Below, one piece after another: positions 8,980-19,000 of a stretch of 64,000 nucleotides of DNA. Positions within the stretch are counted from its first letter, which is position 1; the number at the start of each line of letters is the position of its first letter. The notes under the pieces are model-generated. The model was not told where the DNA came from. It searched no databases and was given only the letters and a program-made list of their open reading frames with translations. Source of the DNA: Alphaproteobacteria bacterium (GTDB lineage: Bacteria > Pseudomonadota > Alphaproteobacteria > Bin95). A program made the position numbers and the translations under genes. The DNA lies in assembly GCA_963665325.3 (NCBI GenBank), contig OZ224045.1, positions 1,248,001 through 1,312,000 on the forward strand, written 5' to 3'.

Positions 8980-10104
8980 ATGACTTCGGGAGAGAACGAG
9001 CGGGAGAAGGCGTCCCCGCCGGACGGCGCCGACGACGGCATGAATCTGCTGATCGGCTGGCGCGCCGGCAAGGGGGAGACGGCTGGCGCACCGGCGGCCG
9101 ACCGCAGTGCCGGAGAAGCCGCGGAACCCGGCACGGAGGCCGCCGCCGTTCCGGTTCCCGCTCCTGCCGCGACGCTGGCGGACCTCGCCGCCGGCCAGCG
9201 GCGTATCATGGTCCTGCTGGAGGAACTGTCCGCGAAGCCTGACGCGGCGGCGACCGGCGATGCCGGGACGGACCTGGAGGAGGCGGCTTCGGCGATCCAG
9301 GCGGCGACGGAGTGGGCGAACGATATCCGGACAGCGATGGACAGCCTGCTGATCACGGCGGGCAAGTCGATCCGGGATCTGAACGAGGTGGAGAAGGGCC
9401 TCGGCGGTGAGGTGGCGGCGCTGAAGACCCGGGAGCAAGGGTTCGACAAACAGATCGAGCTTCTGGCGGGCGGCGCCCGGACGCTCGGCACGCGCCTGCG
9501 GCAGCTGGACGAAGCGCGGCAGAAGCTGGACGAGCGTTCTGCCGAACTCCAGACGGCGAAGCAGGAGATCGTCAAGTACTACGGTGAGTGGACCGCCGCT
9601 GCACTGGCCTACCGGCAGCAGATGGCGGTGCTGACGAAGCGTCTCGACGAGGGCGAGAACCTCGTGGCGCGGGTGGAGAAGGCGATCGGCCCCTGGACCG
9701 AGCGGATCGAGACAAGCCTCGACGAGAACGTGAAGGCGCAGGAGCTGGCTACGATACTGATCTCCGGCAATGTGGAGCGGCTGACCACGAGCGGCGACGC
9801 TTTCCTGGAGAAGTTCGGCACAGCGTGGCAGGGGGCGCTGGAGGATTTCAGGGCGGAGTGGCGGCGCACGCGGCGCTGGGCCGTGCCGGTCCTGGCGGCG
9901 GTGCTGGTTCTGATGCTGCCGGTCCTGCCGGTCATGGGAGCGCTCGGCCAGAGCCAGTTCGGCATCTTCGCGCCGCATGACGACACGGAAGGCTGGAAGC
10001 GGTTTGTCTGGAAGCGCCATGGCGATGCCCTGAAGGAATGCGTGGCCAAGGCAGCCGGATCCAGGCAACCGGTCTCGTGCCGCCTTGAGGTCGTCTGGCC
10101 ATGA
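8980..10104 (+). CDS. Hypothetical coiled-coil protein with C-terminal transmembrane helix, upstream of relaxase
   Basis: ATG 8980 after GGAG; long E/L/K/R-rich helical region; hydrophobic WAVPVLAAVLVLMLPVLPVMGALG; co-oriented with relaxase. Confidence 0.7.
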   Translation: MTSGENEREKASPPDGADDGMNLLIGWRAGKGETAGAPAADRSAGEAAEPGTEAAAVPVPAPAATLADLAAGQRRIMVLLEELSAKPDAAATGDAGTDLEEAASAIQAATEWANDIRTAMDSLLITAGKSIRDLNEVEKGLGGEVAALKTREQGFDKQIELLAGGARTLGTRLRQLDEARQKLDERSAELQTAKQEIVKYYGEWTAAALAYRQQMAVLTKRLDEGENLVARVEKAIGPWTERIETSLDENVKAQELATILISGNVERLTTSGDAFLEKFGTAWQGALEDFRAEWRRTRRWAVPVLAAVLVLMLPVLPVMGALGQSQFGIFAPHDDTEGWKRFVWKRHGDALKECVAKAAGSRQPVSCRLEVVWP

Positions 10105-10155
10105 GCGATATCCGACCGGGCGCCGGGTCGTGATCCAGCGAGGCTGAGGGGACGC

Positions 10156-13100
10156 ATGGTCGCGAACTTGACCGATCTCACCTCGACCACGATGACGGTC
10201 GAATATTTCTCGCAGGAGGGCTATTACGCGAAGAACGATCCGCGGCAACGCCGGGCGAGCTTCTGGCACGGGGCGGCGGCGGCGGCGCTCGGCATGGCGA
10301 AGCATGTCTCGCCGCGGGCGTTCGAGCGCATCCTGCTGGGTTATGTGCCCGGCACGGATATCCGCCTCGGCCGGGTGCGTGACGGAGAACACCAGCACCG
10401 GCCCGGCTTCGACCTCACGCTTTCGGCGCCGAAGACGGTCTCGCTGGAAGCGCTGCTCTACGGCGACCGGCGTGTGCTGGGCGCGCACGATGCGGCGGTG
10501 AAGGCGACCCTCGACTGGCTGGAGAGGGACCTGCTGCAGACGCGGTCCTACGATCCCGTGACCCGGCAGCGTCCGCGCGTGGCGGCCAACGGGCTGGTGG
10601 CGGCCGGGTTCCGGCACCTGACGAGCCGTGACGAGGACCCGCAACTGCACACGCACTGCATCATCGCCAACATGACCCGCAACCGGGCGGGCGAGTGGCG
10701 GAGCATCGAGCCGACGGAGATCCGGCGCAATGTGCGGCTGATCGGGGCGGTCTACCGTCAGGAGCTGGCGCAGCGCCTGCTGGCGCTCGGGTTCGCGATC
10801 GAGGCGACGATGATCGGCGGGGTGCCGGGGTTCGAGATCGCGGGCTACGGGCGCGGGTTCGTGGACGCGTTCTCGTCGCGGCGCCGCGAGATCCTGGCGT
10901 GGCTGGACAAGCACGGCCTGCCCTGGAGCGCGGCCTTGACGCAGCAGGCGGCGCTGATCACGCGCAAGAAGAAGACTGACAAGGATGTCGACGAGCTGCA
11001 GGCGGAGTGGAAGGCGCGCGCCGAACGGCTCGGGCTTGCCCGCGACCGCAGCATCGCGAAGCCGGGTCTCCGGCGCAGCACGACCGTATCGCGGAAGACG
11101 GCGCGCAAGGCGGGCCGGCCCTATGTGCGCACGGCGGAGGAGTTGCGGCCGGAGCTGCCGGGACTGAGCGCGCGGGAAGTGACCTGGCGTGCAGTGGAGC
11201 ATCTGGCGGAGCGCGCCTCGGTGATCCGGGAGCGCGAGATCAGGGCGATCGCCCTCGGCCATGCGCCGGGCCGGCACGGGCTCGAAGACATAGACGCGGC
11301 AGTGGCAGGGCTGATCGGGGACGGCCATCTCGTGGAAGCGGAGGTTCGGGGCGGGCGCTCGTTCGTGACCTCGGAGGCGCTCGGCCTGGAGCGTGGGATC
11401 ATGGCTCACAAGCGCCAGGCCCTGGGCGCCTCGCAGCCGCTGGCGGAGGAGAGGAGCGTCTCGGAGCGGCTTGCCGAAACGCCGCTGACCGAGGGGCAGA
11501 AGGAGGCGGTGCGCACGATCCTGCTGTCGCATGACGGGATCGTGGCGGTGCAGGGCGCAGCCGGCACCGGCAAGACGACGATGCTCAAGGAGGCGCTGGG
11601 GCTGCTGGGCGAGCGCAAGGCGGTCCTGCTGGCGCCGTCGGCGGCCGCCGCCCGGGTGCTGCGGGAGGAGACCGGCGCGGCGGCGCGGACGCTGCAATGG
11701 TTCCTCACCCGCCATGGAGACCTGGGCAACGCGACGCGCGTGGCGCGGGACCGGCAGGAGTACGAGGGCTCGGTGCTGGTGCTGGACGAGGCGTCGATGG
11801 TCTCGACGGCGGAGATGGAGCTGCTCATGCGGATCGCGGAGCGGTTCCGCGTCGAACGGCTGGTGCTGGTGGGCGACCGGAGGCAGCTCCGCGCCGCGAG
11901 TGCCGGCGAGCCGTTCCGGGCGCTGCAGGAGGCGGGCGTGGCGACGGCGGAGATGAAGGAGATTTTGCGCCAGCGCGACCCGGCGCTGAGGGCCGCGGTC
12001 GAGCATCTGAAGGAAGGCCGCGCCCGCGAGGCGCTGCAAGGGCTCGAGCATGTCCACCAGGCGCCGCAGCAGGAGTTGGGCGCGGAGGCGGCCCGGCTCT
12101 GGCTGGCGCTGAACCCGGAGGAGCGCGCGCGGACGGCGATCCTGGCGCCGACGCATTTCATCCGGGCGGAGATCCACCGGGTCGTGCGGGACGGGCTCGC
12201 GCGCGAGGGCGTGCTGCACGGGCGGGAACTGGAACTCGAGCGCTATGTGAACCGCCACCTGACGGCGGCGCAGCGTGCAGACGTGCTCAATCACGAGCCG
12301 GGCGACATCGTGCTGTTCCACTCCCGCGTGGCGCCGCTGCGGGTCGAGAAAGGCGATGCCTGCCGGGTAATGCGTGCCGAGGGCGAGTTCGTCTTCCTGG
12401 AGCACCCGACAGGACGGACGGTGCGCATCCGGCCGGGCGACAAGTGGGTGCGCTTCCGGTTCGGGCTTTACGAGACGGCGCGCATCCGCATCCGGGCGGG
12501 TGACCGCATCCGCTGGACGATGAACGACAAGCGGCGCGGCCTTGTAAACGGCGGCGACGCGGTGGTGCGGGAGATCGGACCGCGCCGGGTGCGGTTCGAC
12601 CTCGGAGACGGCAAGACCCTGTCGCTGGCCCGCGACGACCCGCAGCTCCGTCATATCGACCATGCCTGGAGCACGACCGTGCATGCGGCGCAGGGCATGA
12701 CCCGCGACGCCGCGGTCGGGGTGCTCGACACGGGCCACGCGGCGTTGACCGGTCAGGCGGGCCTCTACGTGGAGGCGAGCCGGGCCAGGGACCGGTTCGT
12801 GCTGGTGACGGACAATCGAGAGCGTCTTGAGGAAGTGCTGGAAGCGAATGACGGCTCGCGCATGACGGCGCTGGAGGCGGTGGGTGAAGGGGAGGACCCG
12901 CCGCCCGCCGCGCCTGCCGCAGCGCTTACCATGCTGCGCGGGCTGGAGGCGGAGTGGCGCGCCCTCGTCGCCCGGGCGGAGACGCAAGGCAGCGATCTCA
13001 CCCGCATGGAGGGCTATGCCCGCATCGTCACCGGCACGGCGATGCTGGCGGAGGACGTGGAGCTTCCGGCGGACCTGCGGGCGTTCGTGGAGGAGGTCCG

Positions 13101-15375
13101 CAGGAGGGACGCGCAGACAATCGCGGAGCGGCGGCAAGGGTTCACGTTCCTGCGCCGGGCGGAGAGGCACTGCCGCGACTGGCCGCTGCTGAAATGGGCG
13201 GCGGCGAAGCGCGGACGGCCGCTCGGCGCGCTTCCGGAGCATACGGCCTGGCTGGCGGAAGCCGAGACGCTGGCCGGGACCGGCCGGGAGCTTCAAAAGG
13301 GCAGCGGCCAGAGTATCGCCGCCAGGATCGGTGCTGCGCTCCGGCGCCTGGTGAGGACCCGGGACGTCGACGAGGCGGAGCGGTTCCGGGAGGCCGTTGC
13401 ACGGCACGAGACGGAAGCACGGGCGGCAGGCCTCGATCCCCGGGCCATGACCGGCGCCGAGGTGCTTGCCGAATGGGCGCAGCAGCTCCAGGGACGCGAA
13501 ATACCGGAGACCGCACGCCCGGAGGTTGAGGCGTGGTGCGCGCAGGAGGCTGCCCCCGAGCCCGACAAGCGCCAGGCGCCGGCTCCCGATGACGGCGAGG
13601 CGGCGCGCGGGGTAGAGGCATTCCTCCGGACATGCAGGGAGCACCTTGCGGGCGCCGATCCGGTGGCAGTGGAGACATCCGGTGAGGACGGTGCATCGAC
13701 GAGGGAACCCGACCCCTGGGCTGCGCGGGCCGATGCGCTCATGGCCGAGGGTCTGGTCATGCTCGGCGATGCGCCGGGCGCGAAGCTCGACGATCCTCTC
13801 CGGGTCCGGCTTGCGCGCATCGAGACCGAACGCGGGCAGGTCCGCAAGGCCGTGGAGGCGCTTCGGGACGAGGCCCTGCGCCGCCGCGAGCGGGCGTTCA
13901 TGGCGCTCGGCAGGACCATGAATCGACAACGCCGGGCGTCCGGCTCCGACCTGACCGACCTGCCGTCATGGGCGCTGCTCCGGGACCGAGCGGAAGACCT
14001 CCGGGGCGAGGCAGGGCTCGCGCCGGGGGCGGAGCGCGCAGTCCGCCAGGTTCTTGACCGCGATGTCCGCGCGAAGGCCGAGACCGAACCGGTGATGTCG
14101 TTCCTGAAGGCAGGCGAAGAGCATGAGCGCCGGCGGGAGGGTCTGGAGGAGAGAGCCCGTGAGCGAGGGGCGGCGCCGTTTGCGCTGGAGCAGACGCCGG
14201 TCTGGCGGGAAGCCTCCCGGGATATCCGCACGACCGCCCGGCGCCTGCTGGGCGAGGCCGGGGGCAGTGCGGCGGAGGCGCGGGCCGCGGCCCGTCTTGC
14301 ACACATGCCCCGACTCAGGGCGCAGGTGGAGGAGACGCTGGACCGGCTGGAGGCTCTCGAAGCGCAGGACCGGGGAGATGCATTCGAGGCCAGGGCGGAC
14401 CGTGTGGAGGCGCTCGCCCGCGAGCAGGACACGCTGGCGCTTCACGTGGAGGGATATGAAAGCACGACCGCGCTCGCGGAGAAGCTGTCGGAACAGGAGG
14501 CCCTGCCGCATGCGGCCCGGCAACGGGCGTGGGAGTGGCTCGCCCGCGATCGCCAGTGGACCGGGGACCTGGAGTCGGTCGCCGGGCTCGCCGGCGGGTT
14601 TGGACAATCGGCCGATCCGGCCGCGCAACGCATGGCCGCCGGCCGGCCGGCCGTGGCGGAGGCCATCCGCCGCGAGAGGGAGCGGCTTGCGCACGTGCCG
14701 GAACCCGCACACTGGCTCCGCTGGACCGGGGAGGAGCCGCTCGTTCCGGGCGACCGGGTCCGCATCGGCGACGACATAATGGAGATCATTGTCGTTTCCG
14801 CAGGAGCGGCCGGCGGCATGCGCCCGGACGACACGCTACAGGTGCGGATGCTCGATACCACGGGTCCGGACGAACCGGCCCGGCTTGGGGTGGTCATCCC
14901 CGAAACGGCCGAGTCCCTCGTCAGGATCGGCTGCGCTCGCGCCGTCTGGTCCGACGAAGGGCTTCGGGCGCTAGAGCTGGCCCGGCACCGGTCCGTGCCG
15001 TCGTCGCTCTGCCGGCTGGCTTGCGACGGACCGGTCCCGGGCGACCGCATTGCCTGGACCGAGGACGCCGGCGAAGGCCGGATCCGCACGGTCGAGGCGA
15101 AAATCGCGGCGCGCGTCGACGACATCCTCTACGGCAGCCCTAGGTTCCGGCTCGAAGTCGTCGAGGCCTCCGGCTTCGATGCGCCCGAGCCGGGAAGCAG
15201 CATCGAGAGGACAGCCGCCATCGTCACCGCACGCGGCTGCTTCCGGGCCGAATGGGCCGACGAGCCCCGCCGCGCACGCATCTTGAACCCGCCGAAGCCG
15301 GTCCAGACGCCCCGGCAGGAGCAGACGCAGAGGCGCCCGGTCGACCGGTCCGAAGGCGGCGGGATATCCGCGTGA
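10156..15375 (+). CDS. MOBF (TrwC/TraI-like) relaxase-helicase with long C-terminal extension
   Basis: YFSQEGYY tyrosines, GFDLTLSAPKTVS, HLTSRDEDPQLHTH (HUH), Walker A GAAGTGKTT, LDEASMV, TTVHAAQGMT. Confidence 0.93.
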   Translation: MVANLTDLTSTTMTVEYFSQEGYYAKNDPRQRRASFWHGAAAAALGMAKHVSPRAFERILLGYVPGTDIRLGRVRDGEHQHRPGFDLTLSAPKTVSLEALLYGDRRVLGAHDAAVKATLDWLERDLLQTRSYDPVTRQRPRVAANGLVAAGFRHLTSRDEDPQLHTHCIIANMTRNRAGEWRSIEPTEIRRNVRLIGAVYRQELAQRLLALGFAIEATMIGGVPGFEIAGYGRGFVDAFSSRRREILAWLDKHGLPWSAALTQQAALITRKKKTDKDVDELQAEWKARAERLGLARDRSIAKPGLRRSTTVSRKTARKAGRPYVRTAEELRPELPGLSAREVTWRAVEHLAERASVIREREIRAIALGHAPGRHGLEDIDAAVAGLIGDGHLVEAEVRGGRSFVTSEALGLERGIMAHKRQALGASQPLAEERSVSERLAETPLTEGQKEAVRTILLSHDGIVAVQGAAGTGKTTMLKEALGLLGERKAVLLAPSAAAARVLREETGAAARTLQWFLTRHGDLGNATRVARDRQEYEGSVLVLDEASMVSTAEMELLMRIAERFRVERLVLVGDRRQLRAASAGEPFRALQEAGVATAEMKEILRQRDPALRAAVEHLKEGRAREALQGLEHVHQAPQQELGAEAARLWLALNPEERARTAILAPTHFIRAEIHRVVRDGLAREGVLHGRELELERYVNRHLTAAQRADVLNHEPGDIVLFHSRVAPLRVEKGDACRVMRAEGEFVFLEHPTGRTVRIRPGDKWVRFRFGLYETARIRIRAGDRIRWTMNDKRRGLVNGGDAVVREIGPRRVRFDLGDGKTLSLARDDPQLRHIDHAWSTTVHAAQGMTRDAAVGVLDTGHAALTGQAGLYVEASRARDRFVLVTDNRERLEEVLEANDGSRMTALEAVGEGEDPPPAAPAAALTMLRGLEAEWRALVARAETQGSDLTRMEGYARIVTGTAMLAEDVELPADLRAFVEEVRRRDAQTIAERRQGFTFLRRAERHCRDWPLLKWAAAKRGRPLGALPEHTAWLAEAETLAGTGRELQKGSGQSIAARIGAALRRLVRTRDVDEAERFREAVARHETEARAAGLDPRAMTGAEVLAEWAQQLQGREIPETARPEVEAWCAQEAAPEPDKRQAPAPDDGEAARGVEAFLRTCREHLAGADPVAVETSGEDGASTREPDPWAARADALMAEGLVMLGDAPGAKLDDPLRVRLARIETERGQVRKAVEALRDEALRRRERAFMALGRTMNRQRRASGSDLTDLPSWALLRDRAEDLRGEAGLAPGAERAVRQVLDRDVRAKAETEPVMSFLKAGEEHERRREGLEERARERGAAPFALEQTPVWREASRDIRTTARRLLGEAGGSAAEARAAARLAHMPRLRAQVEETLDRLEALEAQDRGDAFEARADRVEALAREQDTLALHVEGYESTTALAEKLSEQEALPHAARQRAWEWLARDRQWTGDLESVAGLAGGFGQSADPAAQRMAAGRPAVAEAIRRERERLAHVPEPAHWLRWTGEEPLVPGDRVRIGDDIMEIIVVSAGAAGGMRPDDTLQVRMLDTTGPDEPARLGVVIPETAESLVRIGCARAVWSDEGLRALELARHRSVPSSLCRLACDGPVPGDRIAWTEDAGEGRIRTVEAKIAARVDDILYGSPRFRLEVVEASGFDAPEPGSSIERTAAIVTARGCFRAEWADEPRRARILNPPKPVQTPRQEQTQRRPVDRSEGGGISA

Positions 15376-15481
15376 AACCGCTTGGCCCGGACATTTTCTG
15401 CCGGACAATCGGGCCGTACACTGATCGGATGCGTCGTCACGGAAACGCTAGAGGAATACGCCGTTGGATCACCGGATCTAC

Positions 15482-15913
15482 ATGAGGATCGATCTTGAGA
15501 AATGGGTCTACGGGACGATCGACAGACATCGGCACGGCCTGTCATGGCCACAAGCCTGGATCGCGACATACCGGAGCCTTGGAGGCAGGTCGGACACCGT
15601 TGGCGCGAAGAGTTGCCCGAAGAGGGCTGCGGAAACGCTCTACCGGTTCGGACGGCTCAGGGATGCCGGCGTGCCCTGGTCGGACTGCGACATACCCGAA
15701 CTGTGGCATCGGAACCCGAACGGCGCCTATGCCCTGATTGCCGCGCGACTGCTGAGTGTGAATCCCGACCTCGGCAATGCCGCGCTCTGGCGGGAGGTCC
15801 GCGAGACCGCCCGGCGCGAGATCGGCGGCAAGTCGGCCGGTTCCGACGGGGGCGCTGCGACGGTGACCCTCAAACTCTGGCGCCTCGGTCTGGTCCTAGA
15901 CGGAAGAACGTAG
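15482..15913 (+). CDS. Small hypothetical protein, DUF6979-like
   Basis: KSCPKRA...G...NGAYAL.A...LW...LW.LGL pattern recalls DUF6979; ATG 15482 in frame with ORF 15464. Confidence 0.55.
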   Translation: MRIDLEKWVYGTIDRHRHGLSWPQAWIATYRSLGGRSDTVGAKSCPKRAAETLYRFGRLRDAGVPWSDCDIPELWHRNPNGAYALIAARLLSVNPDLGNAALWREVRETARREIGGKSAGSDGGAATVTLKLWRLGLVLDGRT

Positions 15914-16061
15914 AAGTCCTGCTCTTTCCAAACCAGGGCCCGGATTGTGTTCGTAGCAAAGACGGCAACGATTTCTGCTGCCACTTGCACGACCGAATCG
16001 GGATATCGATACAGATCGAGGACACGATCACGTCCGAAGCCGTGGCGTAAAGTGTAAAGCG

Positions 16062-19000
16062 ATGCCGGCCAGGATCGAGCGAACTCTCACCCGCGAGCAG
16101 CAGGAAGGCGGGCAGTCCATCGCCCGACAGGACGGGATACTCTCGTTCACCGAGCCGGTCGTGATCCTTGGCGATCCCGGACTGGGAAAAACCGTGCTCA
16201 CCCAATGGCTCGGCGAGCAGCCCGGCATGAAATATGTCAGGGCCGGCACGTTCGTGCGCAAGGTTAATCCCGTCACTCCGGTCACCGGAGCCGAGCGCGT
16301 TGTCGTCGACGGCCTCGACGAAATCGCTTCCGCGGCGCCGGGAGGCGCAGTCGATGATGTGCTGAGACAACTATCGGCCGTGGGCAACCCGCCCTTCGTC
16401 CTTTCCTGCCGCGAGGCCGATTGGCTGGGCGCCGCCTACCGGGTAAAGATCGAGGACGAGTATGGCGTGGCGCCGGTGCTGCTTCATCTGCGGTCCTTCA
16501 CGGAGGACGACGCCCGCCTCTTCCTTTCGGAGGAATTTCCGGAGATCGACTCCACCGGCGTGCTGAAGCATCTGGCGCGCTGCGGGATCGAATCCCTGTA
16601 CGAGAACCCTCTCACGCTGCGAATGCTCGGCGAGGTGGCACAGAACGATGGACCTCTCCCGGAGACCCGCGCTCAACTGTTCGACCGCGCCTGCCGGGTC
16701 ATGCTCAAGGAGGTCAATCCGCACCACCACAGGGATTCCCATGCTCACAGGAGCGAAGAGGAACTGTTGCTGGCGGCCGGCGCGATATGCGCGGCGCAAC
16801 TGTTGTGCGGCCGGGTCGGGATTTTCACCGGTCCGTACATGGAGACGCCGGAGGGATACCTCCACGTGGAGGACATTGCCGGGCTTCCGCTTGCCCGGGC
16901 GGCGAACGACGCGCTCAGGGTCCGTCTCTTCCAGTCCGAAGGCGAAAGCCGTTTCACTCACATCCATCGCGTGATCGCGGAATTTCTCGGAGCCAGATGG
17001 CTCGCTCGCCGTTTCGAAGCCGATGTTTCGGAGAAGAGGATTCTCGGGCTGTTCCGGCACGGCGAAGGCATACCGACCTCACTGCGCGGGCTGCACGCAT
17101 GGATGGCGCATTTCAATGAGGTGCTGGCCCGACGCTGCATCGAGGCCGACCCCTACGCCGTCCTGCGGTACGGCGACGCGGAGACCCTGAGCCTCGATCT
17201 GGCACGGTCCCTGCTCACTGCTCTGACGAAGCTGTCCGATGAAAATCCGTATTTCCGGTCCGAGGACTGGGGTCGCCATCCCGTATCCGGTCTGCTGCGT
17301 ACCGAACTCAAGGGCGATATCCGCGCCATCGTCGAACCTTCCCGCAGCCACATACAACTGACGAACCTGCTGCTCGAAGCCATGGCCGGGACACCTCTCG
17401 CCGAGGCGCTGGCGGACACGCTGGACTCGATCATGTTCGACGGACGGCGCAATGTCGAGGAGCGATCCGCAGCGGCCCGAGCACTGTACGCCGCCAGCGT
17501 CCGCAACGACCGGGAAGCCGTCATCCAGCGCCTTCTTGAAATGAACGATCCGGATTCGGCGCAGGTCGCGTTCGAGATACTCCGACGAATCGGCTTGTCC
17601 GGCGTTCCCGGGCGCACCTCGATCAACACGGTATTGGCCTATCTCGGGATTCCACCGAACCTGAAGCCGCGGGTACTCAGATATGTGCCGGACAATCTCT
17701 TCAGCGAACTCGACGCCGGGCGTCTCGCGTCATGGCTGGATTGCCTGGTCGAAACCGCACGACCCCTGATGGACAAGGCCGATTTCGAGGCGGACTGGTA
17801 TGTCGCAAGACTGGTGAGACGCCTCGTCGTCATGGTCCTCGAGGCCGATCCCGTCGTCAGGCCCGAACGCGTGTGGGCGTGGATCGAATGGCTGGACCGG
17901 CGCCGGGGATATAGCGGCGACATCAACAAGCGGCTGATCGCGATACTTCGCGAGAACAGGGCTCTCCGGGCGGGCATTCTCGAGCATGTGCTGCTCACCC
18001 AATGCGCCGAGAATACCTGGATGGCCGGTCGTCGTCTCTTCGACACGGGCTTCGAATTGTACCCCACGGCTGACGACCTCGCCGGAGTGTTGAGAGCCCT
18101 GCACGCCCGAACGGGCGGCGCCAGAATCGATCGGGAGACCTGGCGAGGCATCCTGCTGCACGGACGAACGGCCGACGGCCTGCCGGTTTCCATCCGAAGT
18201 GCTGCCGTCGAGGTGGCCGGCGGCGACGAGGACCTGCTGTCCATGATTGACGAAATCTCGGAGCGCCCGGCAGCAGAGTGGGAAGCCAGACAGGCTCAAT
18301 GGGAGGCGAAAAACGAGGCTCGCCGGCAGGCGGTCTATCGGGCCCATCGCCAACGGCTTGCTGAGAACGCCGACGCGGTTGCGGCCGGCGACGTTCATGT
18401 TCTCGAACTCCCCGCCGCCGTTTATCTTGGCAGGACGGTGGCACTTGACGGGCATTTTCACTTCGACGCCGAGGTGCCTCCCACGGAGCGCCTGCGCGCC
18501 TTCCTCGGCGATGAGCTGGCCGACCGGGCGATGTCAGGCTTCGTGGCCGTCCTCGGCCGCAACGATCTTCCAAGCGCGTCCGTGATTGCCGAGGCTCATT
18601 GCGAGAACGACTACTGCGTTGCCGAGACGGCGATAATCGCAGGTATCGCCGAAATACTCCGCTCCGGCCGCCCTCTCGCAGGGGTCGACCGGGCCGTGCT
18701 GGCGGCTGCCTACATGACGTGGCAACGCAGGTTCGGACTCGATGCTCCGGATCTGCGTTCCATCGGTCCGGAATTGGAGGCGGCGCTGTTCAGCAGCGAC
18801 TCGGACCGGGACAACCACTTCCGAATGAGCATCGAGCCTCAACTGGACCACAACCGCAGCCATCCCGCTGAGCTTCATCGGCTGACGCATGAACCCTGCT
18901 TCTCCGCTTTGGCCGGCCGCCTGTCCATCGACTGGCTGCGCTGCTACCCCGCGCTGAACCTGCATGTCCAGACCGAATTGTTGACCTGTGCGCTCAGGAA

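Noticed and set aside
8947-13929. 1660-aa minus-strand ORF
   Set aside because: Antisense shadow of the relaxase and its upstream gene in high-GC DNA; no motifs
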